Assembly (NCBI GenBank): GCA_964474895.1
Contig: CAYYUK010000003.1
Coordinates: 1-57,675, forward strand
Length of the DNA stretch: 57,675 bases
Direction of reading: 5' to 3'
DNA from: Candidatus Woesearchaeota archaeon
GTDB lineage: Archaea; Nanobdellota; Nanobdellia; SCGC-AAA011-G17; PNOQ01
Shown here: one piece after another, positions 49,716 through 57,675 of the stretch
Layout of the letters: each line of letters starts with the position of its first letter
Position numbering within the stretch: the first letter of the stretch is position 1
Notes under the pieces: generated by a model
Databases searched by the model: none
What the model was told of the DNA's origin: nothing
The model's input: the letters and a program-made list of their open reading frames with translations, nothing else
Made by a program: the position numbers and the translations under genes

Positions 49716-50849
49716 ATGTTATCCTGTAAAAGTTTCGAACAAATTCTGAGTAAAGAGGGAATATCTTTCTTCACAGGAGTTCCAGATTCACTATTAAAAG
49801 ATTTCTGTGCATATGCTACTGACAATATTCCCCCTGAAAGAAATATCACAGTACATAATGAGGGTGGAGCAATTGCATTAGCAGCAGGACATTACCTAGC
49901 AACACAAAAGCCAGGGTTAGTATATATGCAAAACTCTGGACAAGGAAACGCAATAAATCCATTAGCCTCTTTGGTAGATCCTGATGTTTATAGCATACCA
50001 TTACTCCTTCTGATTGGATGGAGGGGGGAACCTGGAAAAAGGGACGAACCACAACATGTAAAGCAAGGAAAAATAACCCTTGGTTTACTAGAAACTCTGG
50101 GGATTCCTCACAAAATTCTGCCAGATTCAATAGAAGAAGCAGAAAAAATAGTAAAAATAGCTGCTGAATCAATGAGAGACCGGAATGCGCCTTATGCACT
50201 TGTAGTAAAAAAAGGAACTTTTGAATCTTATGAGCTACAAAATAAAGCAAAAACTAATTTTGAATTAAATAGGGAACAAGCCTTAGAGCTGATAGTAGAT
50301 AATTTAGATTCACAAGACATTGTAATTTCAACTACAGGAAAAACATCTAGAGAATTATTTGAGTATAGAGAAAAGTTAAATCAATCACATGAAAAAGATT
50401 TTCTTACAGTTGGATCAATGGGTCATTCATCCCAAATAGCCTTGGGAATTGCATTATCAAAACCAAAAAGAAACGTTTATTGTTTTGATGGAGATGGAGC
50501 TACAATCATGCACATGGGATCCTTAGCAATAATTGGGCAACAAGCTCCAAAAAACTTCAAACACATTATATTTAATAACGGTGCACACGATTCAGTAGGG
50601 GGTCAACCAACAGCAGGATTTAACATCGACATTCCAATCATAGCAAAAGCAAATGGATACGAAAAAACCTTTAGAGCAGAAACTAAAGAAGAAATAATAG
50701 AAAGTATGCAACAACTAAAATCGGCAGAAGGCCCAGCACTCCTAGAAATAAGAGTTAACAAAGGAGCAAGAAAAGAATTAGGAAGACCAACAACAACGCC
50801 GATAGGAAATAAAGAAATGTTCATGGAATTCTTAACCGAAAAACAATGA
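49716..50849 (+). CDS. aepY: Phosphonopyruvate decarboxylase
   Basis: GVPDSLLK, NEGGAIALAAG, YMQNSGQGN, GWRGEPG..DEPQH, VGSMGH, DGDGA, NNGAHDSVGGQ. Confidence 0.95.
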   Translation: MLSCKSFEQILSKEGISFFTGVPDSLLKDFCAYATDNIPPERNITVHNEGGAIALAAGHYLATQKPGLVYMQNSGQGNAINPLASLVDPDVYSIPLLLLIGWRGEPGKRDEPQHVKQGKITLGLLETLGIPHKILPDSIEEAEKIVKIAAESMRDRNAPYALVVKKGTFESYELQNKAKTNFELNREQALELIVDNLDSQDIVISTTGKTSRELFEYREKLNQSHEKDFLTVGSMGHSSQIALGIALSKPKRNVYCFDGDGATIMHMGSLAIIGQQAPKNFKHIIFNNGAHDSVGGQPTAGFNIDIPIIAKANGYEKTFRAETKEEIIESMQQLKSAEGPALLEIRVNKGARKELGRPTTTPIGNKEMFMEFLTEKQ

Positions 50850-51985
50850 GTCAAAAAGAATATTTTGGATCTGGAGCAATAGAAAACCTAAAAGAACAAT
50901 TATCATCTCTTAAACCAAACAAAGTACTTCTAATAACGGGGAATAATTCTTATCAATCTTCTGGAGCAAGAGAAGCAATAGAACCTTTATTATCGGGAAC
51001 ACATTATGAAAGATTCTACGAATTCAAAACAAATCCAAATGTAGAAGATATCAAAAAAGGAATAAAAATTTTCAAAGCTAATCAATGTGATCTAACAATT
51101 GCTATTGGTGGTGGTAGTTGTATAGACATGGCTAAAGCAATAAATGCACTAGCAAATCAAGAAGGCAACTTAGAAGATTACATAACAGGAAAAAGAAGTT
51201 TAGAAACTTCACCAGGAACATTAATAGCAATACCTACAACTGCAGGAACTGGATCAGAATCAACTCATTTCGCAGTTGTTTATATTGGAAAAACAAAATA
51301 TTCTTTAGCACATCAAAAGATGTTACCAACAGTTGCAATCTTAGACCCAAACCTAACAATAAACTTACCACAAAGCATAACTGCAGCAACAGGAATGGAT
51401 GCATTAGGACAAGCAATAGAAGCACACTGGTCAACAAACTCAACTGAAGAATCTAGAAAATATTCTATGGAATCCATAAAGCTAGGAATCCAAAATCTAG
51501 AACAATGCGTAAATAATCCAAATGAACAACTAAGAGAAAATATGCTAAGAGCTTCAAACTTAGCAGGAAGAGCAATAAATATAGCGAAGACGACCGCAGC
51601 ACATGCAGTGTCATATCCGATAACTTCGCACTTTGGGGCCCCCCATGGACACGCAGTAGGGTTAACATTGCCAAGTTTCATATTATACAACTCACAATTA
51701 GAAGAAGGAACAAAACTAAACGACACAAGAGGAAGAAACTTTGTAAAAGAAAGAACAGAAGAAATAGTTCAGGCATTGGGCTGTGAAACTCCTGAACAAG
51801 CAAAAGAGCTTTTAACAAAATTAATGGGAAAAATAGGTCTAGAAACAAGATTAAGTAAATTAGGAGTAACTGAAGAAGGAATCCAATTAATAATAAAGAA
51901 TGGATTCAATCCTCAGAGAGTAAAAAACAATCCAAAAGATTTAAGCGAAGAAGATTTAAGACTAATTCTAACAGACATATTCTAA
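50846..51985 (+). CDS. Fe-containing alcohol dehydrogenase, phosphonoacetaldehyde reductase (PhpC/FomC-like)
   Basis: GGGSCIDMAK, PTTAGTGSE, GMDALGQAIE, TTAAHAVSY, PHGHAV; ATGA-coupled to aepY. Confidence 0.88.
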   Translation: MSQKEYFGSGAIENLKEQLSSLKPNKVLLITGNNSYQSSGAREAIEPLLSGTHYERFYEFKTNPNVEDIKKGIKIFKANQCDLTIAIGGGSCIDMAKAINALANQEGNLEDYITGKRSLETSPGTLIAIPTTAGTGSESTHFAVVYIGKTKYSLAHQKMLPTVAILDPNLTINLPQSITAATGMDALGQAIEAHWSTNSTEESRKYSMESIKLGIQNLEQCVNNPNEQLRENMLRASNLAGRAINIAKTTAAHAVSYPITSHFGAPHGHAVGLTLPSFILYNSQLEEGTKLNDTRGRNFVKERTEEIVQALGCETPEQAKELLTKLMGKIGLETRLSKLGVTEEGIQLIIKNGFNPQRVKNNPKDLSEEDLRLILTDIF

Positions 51986-51987
51986 CC

Positions 51988-52003
51988 AGAAAGATTTAAA
52001 AAA
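51988..52003 (+). promoter_or_regulatory. Representative archaeal BRE-TATA promoter (AGAAAGATTTAAAAA) of a probably leaderless gene
   Basis: AAAG(A/T)TTTAAA-type elements recur about 25-35 nt before starts, e.g. before 52026, 52776, tRNA-Leu 16482 and 9404 (minus strand). Confidence 0.6.
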
Positions 52004-52025
52004 TACACATAACTTCAATACCTGT

Positions 52026-52631
52026 ATGAAAATAGACAAAGGAGACCTCCAGTTCAGAAATATTGTACATTCTCTTATTAAAAAAGAAAAAATGGGCAAA
52101 CTATTAGACATCGGACCTGGAAGAGGCCAAATAACAAAGATGTATTATGAGTTAGGTTTTCAAACATCTTGTGTAGATATAGATCCTTCTGTTTTAGAAT
52201 TTGATAAAATTACTTGCAAAAAAGTAGACATGAACTTCGAAAAGCTCCCATTCAAAAATGAAAGTTTTGATTATGTAATGTGTACAGAAATTTTAGAACA
52301 TTTAGAAAATCCACATAACTTAATAAGAGAATCAAGCAGGGTGCTAAAAAAAGGAGGAAAGCTAATAACTTCCACACCCTACACAGGATCTTTAGTTCAA
52401 AGAATTTACTATCTTTTAACAGGATTCTTCCTAAGATTCAACAAAGAACCAAAAGAAGACGGACACATAACCCCAATAAACTTGCATCTTCTAAAACATT
52501 TGTTTAAAAAGAACAATCTCAAAATAGAGAAAATTACATACAACAGGGGGTGGCTTCCATTGCTAAGAATCGAATTACCAAGAAATAAATTATGGGGAGA
52601 CGTAATAATAATTAAAACACAAAAATATTAA
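52026..52631 (+). CDS. Class I SAM-dependent methyltransferase
   Basis: LLDIGPGRG, LPFKNESFDYV..EILEHLENP, LKKGGKLI. Confidence 0.9.
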   Translation: MKIDKGDLQFRNIVHSLIKKEKMGKLLDIGPGRGQITKMYYELGFQTSCVDIDPSVLEFDKITCKKVDMNFEKLPFKNESFDYVMCTEILEHLENPHNLIRESSRVLKKGGKLITSTPYTGSLVQRIYYLLTGFFLRFNKEPKEDGHITPINLHLLKHLFKKNNLKIEKITYNRGWLPLLRIELPRNKLWGDVIIIKTQKY

Positions 52632-52775
52632 AACTAACAAAAATAGTTTCAACAAAAAAAATCAAATAAAAGTTTATTAAAACAAATAAATCGAGAACTA
52701 CAAAATTTCTTTAATTCTAAAAAACCTACAGGTCAAATAAGAAAGATTTAAAAGAAGAATTAGTTTTCCACTTTT

Positions 52776-53498
52776 ATGAAAAACAAAGAAATTCTACAAG
52801 AGGAAGAATACTTAATTCCATATCATCACACAGTAAAGGAAGGAGAATACGCTGGAATATCTTATTTTAGTGTAATAAGCATAATAAAAAAAATAATAAA
52901 AAAAATATCCCCAAAAACAATTCTAGACTTCGGCTGTGGGGATGGAAAACTAATCTATGAACTAAAAAATCAAGATACTGAACTAACTGGAATTGATTTA
53001 TCAAAAAAAGCAATATCCTTTGCAAAAATATTCTCCCCAAAAGAGAAATTTATAGCAGAAGACATAAACAATTACAAACCTAAAGAGAAATTTAACATGA
53101 TCATATCAATAGAAACATTAGAACACATTCCTCCAGATCAGCTAAAAAACATAATAAAAAACCTAAACAGATTAGTAAAAGAAAACGGCTACCTAATCAT
53201 AACAGTTCCATCAAAGAATGTTAGACTATTTAAAAAACATTATCAACATTTCGATACAAAAACAATGCAAAACTATCTAGAAGGACAATTTAAAATAGTA
53301 AAAACATTAGGGCATTACAAAATATCAAAAAGGTATGAACTACTATACGCACTTGCAACAAACAATTATCTATCAATTTCATCCAAAAAATATCAAAAGT
53401 TTCTAAATAAATACTTCAAAAAAAATATAGAAAGAGCATCAACAAATAACTGTAGAAGACTAATCTTCATATGCAAAAAACTAAGCAACTCTTTTTAA
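52776..53498 (+). CDS. Class I SAM-dependent methyltransferase
   Basis: ILDFGCGDG, GIDLS, IETLEHIP, GYLIITVP. Confidence 0.9.
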   Translation: MKNKEILQEEEYLIPYHHTVKEGEYAGISYFSVISIIKKIIKKISPKTILDFGCGDGKLIYELKNQDTELTGIDLSKKAISFAKIFSPKEKFIAEDINNYKPKEKFNMIISIETLEHIPPDQLKNIIKNLNRLVKENGYLIITVPSKNVRLFKKHYQHFDTKTMQNYLEGQFKIVKTLGHYKISKRYELLYALATNNYLSISSKKYQKFLNKYFKKNIERASTNNCRRLIFICKKLSNSF

Positions 53499-54962
53499 TA
53501 AATCTCTAACTTCTTCAAAACTAATAAGCCTAAACAAAAACAAACCAACAAAATAAAAAATAAGTCCAATTAATCCAATAACAACAAACTCAATCCAAGG
53601 ATTAATTATTGGCATCTTTCTAAGGGCACCGCATAAAATCAAAAATAAAAATCCCAAAACAAAAAGTTTGACAAATAAAATAGCAGGAAAATTATACTTG
53701 ATAATTTTCTTAAGATAATAAAAAGAAACAAAAAACATAAGCAACGAGGCAAAAAACAAAGACAATCCAGCCCCAAGTATTCCATAAAAAGGAATTAAAA
53801 TTAAATTTAAAATTAAAGCAAAAATAGAGCCCCCTGCCATGATCTTTGCATTTATCTTAGATTTACCAATGCCTAAAAGTATATTCGCATTTACATAAGC
53901 AACACAATAAAAAACAGCGGAAAATGAAAGAATCCTCAAAGTAGAAGTAGCCCCAATATAATTTTCACCAAAAAACAACAAAATAATCAATGGAGCAAAG
54001 AAAACCATGCCCAATGAAAGAGGAAAAACAACAATCAATAAATATTTCTGAACACGTTTTATCCCATCAATCAATACCTCTTTTTTCTGAAGATAAATTT
54101 CTGAAGACAAAGGAATTAAAACAAGAGAAACAGATTTAGCAAATTGCCTTAACATCATTGCAATTGGTAGTGCAACGTTATACAAAGCAACTTCTTTCAA
54201 CCCAATAAAAAAAGTAATCAACAATGTATCGATGTATCCTACACTTGAAGCCACAACTGCACTAATTGTTAAAGGAAACCCAAAAAGAGTAAGCTTCTTA
54301 AAAAGTTTAAAATCAACAGAAGATTTAGCCTTGACTGTCTTAGGAGAAAGCTTAGAAAACAAAAGAAAGTAAACAATTCCAGAGAGTATAGAAGCAAAAA
54401 GATATGCATAGGCTGGAGAAAGATAACCAAATCCAAGATAAAAAAGGATGATAGTTATCAAAACAACTAAAGACATTTGGAAAAAATGCGTAAACGCATA
54501 GTAATTCATCTTTTTATAACCTAAAAACAATACATGAAAAAGAGATTCAAAAATAGCAAAGAGAAAAGCTAACCCTAAAACAACCAAAAGCTGAACAGCT
54601 TTAATATCTTTAAAATAATAAAGAGCAAACCTTTCAGCAAGAAGAAATATACCAACTAAGAGAAGTCCATAAGTAATAAGTTGAACAAAAAAGTAATAAA
54701 TAATACCCTTCTTTATAGAAGAAAAATCTTTCTTTATCTTAAACTCTGGAATATACTTCATCAAAGCTTGTCCAATACCAAATCCCCTAAAAGAAGCAAG
54801 CAATCCAACAAGTGCAAATACTGCATAAAACAAACCATAATCTTCAATAGAAAGGTTTCTAGCCAAAACTACTCTTAATACATATCCTAGAAGAGCGGCT
54901 AAAATTGAAGCAAATAACAGCCACCCAGTACCCCTTACAAGAATCTTAGTATAATTAGGCAT
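53481..54962 (-). CDS. MOP/Wzx-type oligosaccharide flippase (AglR-like)
   Basis: About 14 TMs, LARNL..EDYG, DTLLI....G..EVALY..A, LIPFYGILGA. Start set at ATG 54962. Confidence 0.9.
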   Translation of the reverse strand: MPNYTKILVRGTGWLLFASILAALLGYVLRVVLARNLSIEDYGLFYAVFALVGLLASFRGFGIGQALMKYIPEFKIKKDFSSIKKGIIYYFFVQLITYGLLLVGIFLLAERFALYYFKDIKAVQLLVVLGLAFLFAIFESLFHVLFLGYKKMNYYAFTHFFQMSLVVLITIILFYLGFGYLSPAYAYLFASILSGIVYFLLFSKLSPKTVKAKSSVDFKLFKKLTLFGFPLTISAVVASSVGYIDTLLITFFIGLKEVALYNVALPIAMMLRQFAKSVSLVLIPLSSEIYLQKKEVLIDGIKRVQKYLLIVVFPLSLGMVFFAPLIILLFFGENYIGATSTLRILSFSAVFYCVAYVNANILLGIGKSKINAKIMAGGSIFALILNLILIPFYGILGAGLSLFFASLLMFFVSFYYLKKIIKYNFPAILFVKLFVLGFLFLILCGALRKMPIINPWIEFVVIGLIGLIFYFVGLFLFRLISFEEVRDLLKRVA

Positions 54963-55009
54963 AAGGATCACATAACACCACAAATATTTTAAGTCTTACG
55001 AAAGAGAAA

Positions 55010-55861
55010 TCAGAAGAATAATGGAGTAATATAAACCTCTAAAAGAGCAGCCAATACAAGTATACCAATAGCTATCAAAGTTAAATTAACTGCATCCAAC
55101 ATTATATTCTTAAACTTATTTGTCTCCAAATCTTTGTTTATAACTGCAACAGATATTATGCCTCCGGCTAGTCCTGCAACAAAGTAAGCAGCAATTTCTG
55201 GGATCCCATGTATGAAATATCTGAACAATCCCAAAGAAAACACATGAAAATAATTAAACATTCCAACAGATCCAGCAGCGGCTGCGTAGGCAGCTATCCT
55301 CTCTTTAACAAAAATTCCAATCGCTGCAGAAATTACAGAAGCATTCCAAGTCAAAATGAAAATTGCACCAGCACCATAAAAGAATGCAAAAAATATGGCA
55401 AATAACATAACTTTAAAATTATTCAAAAAAATCTGTAAAAAAACAGAACCAGGACTAACAACATCACCAACAATCTTAGCATTTATAGCTCCAATGGTCT
55501 CAATTTGAGTACCAAACAAACTCTGAACAATACCAGCTGGGAGAAACACAAACCAAATAGAATATGAAACAACAAACCCAATAAACAAATAAATAAGATA
55601 TTTAACAACTTTCGCATGTTCCTTCAAAATCTTTCCCTCCTCTTTTAAAGTAACATCAACTTCCTCCTCCCGCTTCATAGTTTTATACATAAAAGGCATA
55701 GCTGCAAAAACAGTCAAAAAAACCATAATCAAACTAGAATATGCTTTAAATATCCAAACACCTAAAAAAATTGCAACCGTAGAATACAAAAAACCAACAA
55801 AGAACATTTCCCAAGGTCTTTCAATTGCCTTTGACGGATTAATTATTGACTCAATTGCCAT
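55010..55861 (-). CDS. SpoIIM-family membrane protein
   Basis: IFLNNFKV, ILTWNASVI, IHGIPEIAAYF..G, AALLEVYITP. Confidence 0.85.
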   Translation of the reverse strand: MAIESIINPSKAIERPWEMFFVGFLYSTVAIFLGVWIFKAYSSLIMVFLTVFAAMPFMYKTMKREEEVDVTLKEEGKILKEHAKVVKYLIYLFIGFVVSYSIWFVFLPAGIVQSLFGTQIETIGAINAKIVGDVVSPGSVFLQIFLNNFKVMLFAIFFAFFYGAGAIFILTWNASVISAAIGIFVKERIAAYAAAAGSVGMFNYFHVFSLGLFRYFIHGIPEIAAYFVAGLAGGIISVAVINKDLETNKFKNIMLDAVNLTLIAIGILVLAALLEVYITPLFF

Positions 55862-56177
55862 TATATCAAATCTCCAAATAAACTAAACATAACTCAACAG
55901 GCTAATATATATACCTTTCTCTAATCTAGCAAATGTACCCTACAATAACACAACTTAACGTTCTTTATTCCTCACAAATCTCAGTTATAACATTAGTAAT
56001 AAAACAAACAAACATTTAAATAATATAGTTTAGATAACAAAAAATAACCAATTAAGGAGAACAAAAAATAATGAAAAAAACAATACTATTCAATTAGTTT
56101 CGCCAAGATCAAAAATAAAAAGTCATATATAATAGAAAGAGAACACACAATGTATGTTTACTTGGAGGTGAAGTAAA

Positions 56178-56606
56178 ATAAAAAATAAATTAACTCACAT
56201 CGGACTGCTTTTGGTTGGATTGTTAATAATTTCTAGTTGTACTGGAGTTCAGGAGAGTCCAAAACCAGCAGATTTGAAAGAATTTGAAGATGTAGAAGAA
56301 TTAGCTACAGATATACCAGAAGATTGTTATTGGAACTATGAAAAAATAAACGCCCCTACTTATGCTAACGGAGTAGCAACTGTAAGAAGATACTGTAACG
56401 TTGGCGAAAGAGCTATGACTGGAAGTTGTAGTACTCAAGATATCAGTGGTTCTGATTTTGAATGGGTATCATGTGGGTATATTCAGGAATCTAGTGATAA
56501 CAATAATACTATAGATGGGTGGACTTCAGAAATAAAGTGGAACAATTTTACGAATAGCCACTCTTTCGATGAAACTGTTTATATCTCTTTGTTGTGTTGC
56601 TCTTAA
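56178..56606 (+). CDS. Lipoprotein with Cys-rich C-terminal domain, probable ATA start
   Basis: GGAGGTGA at 56164-56171 and an in-frame stop at 56169. ATA 56178 gives (M)KNKLTHIGLLLVGLLIISSC, a lipobox signal. The protein ends ISLLCCS. Confidence 0.7.
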   Translation: MKNKLTHIGLLLVGLLIISSCTGVQESPKPADLKEFEDVEELATDIPEDCYWNYEKINAPTYANGVATVRRYCNVGERAMTGSCSTQDISGSDFEWVSCGYIQESSDNNNTIDGWTSEIKWNNFTNSHSFDETVYISLLCCS

Positions 56607-56699
56607 TTTTTTTCTTTTTTTTAAACATAAAAATTTAAATTGTGTACAAGCTATTATTTCTACGCATGCAGTCTCAATACACCAAAAGAAAAGAACTAA

Positions 56700-57095
56700 T
56701 TATTTGCTGGCAGGTTCCTCATCATCACAAGGAACACATTTACAATCAGAACCATCACACATTGCCTTAGAACCTTCACTACACGTAGCTCCACAACCAT
56801 CACCATAACATCCACCACCATCACAATCCCCAATAACAACAAGATTTTCCCCTAGACCATTTTCACAATTGTGACAAAAACAATAAACAGGATCATCCTT
56901 GCATTGTGGCATTTCACCTTTGCTACATTCAACACTACAAGAATTTCCTGCACCATCATCAGCAGAACAAGATCCGCCATTGCAACTACCCCAATAACCT
57001 GCAAACTGCGGATCACTATTACCAAAAAATACCAATGCTACAACAGTAACTACAACTATAACTCCAATTCCAATAAAAGAATATTTATTATCCAT
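56700..57095 (-). CDS. Membrane-anchored Cys-rich protein with two internal repeats
   Basis: N-terminal TM; repeats CNGGSC..CSVECSKGEMPQC..CFC and CDGGGC..CGATCSEGSKAMC..CKC. Confidence 0.7.
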   Translation of the reverse strand: MDNKYSFIGIGVIVVVTVVALVFFGNSDPQFAGYWGSCNGGSCSADDGAGNSCSVECSKGEMPQCKDDPVYCFCHNCENGLGENLVVIGDCDGGGCYGDGCGATCSEGSKAMCDGSDCKCVPCDDEEPASK

Positions 57096-57148
57096 AGATA
57101 TCATCACCCATCATAACAACTAATCTTTTTACTTTTTAAAGTTTACCT

Positions 57149-57675
57149 TTATCTCTTCCTACCCCTTGCTTTCTTAACATCAAGCAAAGCTAATTGCTCT
57201 TCAACATCAGACAGCCTGGTTGAATAGGATTTGAGCATATTCTCATATATTCTGGTTTCGAACTTTCCTTTTGTGATATATGCTTCCTGAGTTTTGGCCA
57301 TAACCTTAGTTAGGTTATCTCTTTCTTCATGTAGCCTCTTACTCTTCGCTTTGAACTTCAGGAGGTTGTTCTTCTTACTTTCAAATGTTATTTTATCTGC
57401 AATAATCTTACCAAATCTTTCTTCGTACTGAATCATAGATTCGCCATATTCTTTCATGCTCATCTTTGCTCTTTCAAAGACTTCTATTTGAACTGCTCTC
57501 ATTAATTCAGTTAAAAGATTCTCCTCTTCTGAAAGCTTCTTTAATTTCCTCTTTAGATATCTCCATCTGCCAAATAGAGATAATCCTACAACAGAAACAC
57601 CAAAGGCTCCAAATCCGGCTGTTGTTTCTCCAGGATTTTCTTTCATTGCGTATCTCATTTCCTTAAAGAATTTTC
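57149..57675 (-). CDS. C-terminal part of a membrane-anchored protein (5' end outside window) with duplicated helical cytoplasmic tail
   Basis: The frame stays open upstream of ATG 57658 to the edge (KFFKEMRY..); TM GFGAFGVSVVGLSLFG; two E..L...Q..(F/Y)...(K/G)...Y repeats. Confidence 0.7.
   Translation of the reverse strand, partial: KFFKEMRYAMKENPGETTAGFGAFGVSVVGLSLFGRWRYLKRKLKKLSEEENLLTELMRAVQIEVFERAKMSMKEYGESMIQYEERFGKIIADKITFESKKNNLLKFKAKSKRLHEERDNLTKVMAKTQEAYITKGKFETRIYENMLKSYSTRLSDVEEQLALLDVKKARGRKR

Noticed and set aside
56071-56097. MKKTILFN* mini-ORF behind AAGGAG
   Set aside because: It could be a decayed signal-peptide gene or uORF, but 8 codons in A-rich DNA give no testable support.
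1-57675. CRISPR arrays, rRNA, IS elements, prophage
   Set aside because: No spaced direct-repeat array, rRNA-like segment, transposase, integrase, terminase or capsid motif was recognised.

Overview
AT-rich, very compact archaeal chromosome segment. Archaeal markers are aTrm56, the PIN-ATPase PINA, AglB, archaeal-type AsnRS, a class III signal-peptide pilin and BRE/TATA promoters. The gene families and giant surface proteins point to a DPANN (Woesearchaeales/Pacearchaeales-like) host, which is an inference. Layout: (1) 1-6.9 kb, a 48-aa ribbon-helix-helix gene behind a perfect 20-bp palindrome, overlapping a >2250-aa beta-helix surface protein that runs off the window; both are missing from the ORF track. 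(2) 7-18.5 kb, tldD, a fibre-like secreted protein, a bacterial-type aspS lacking the GAD insert coupled to archaeal asnS, a P-type ATPase, and a circularly permuted RimK-like ATP-grasp ligase between two tRNAs, then PINA. (3) 18.5-28.5 kb, pilin and Cys-rich/PKD surface proteins, a tandem gene duplication with a swapped core ending in a tRNA-Arg 3' fragment, trm56, secF-secD and a 35-aa sORF. (4) 28.5-55 kb, a 26-kb N-glycosylation locus with aglB, about 12 glycosyltransferases, flippases, a deacetylase, a FemAB-like protein, three methyltransferases and a cytidylyltransferase-PepM / Ppd / Fe-ADH route to 2-hydroxyethylphosphonate. (5) 55-57.7 kb, SpoIIM-family and small Cys-rich exported proteins. 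Five intron-less tRNAs were found. No rRNA, CRISPR array, transposase or integrase was seen. All family calls come from motif recognition by eye; no database search was run.
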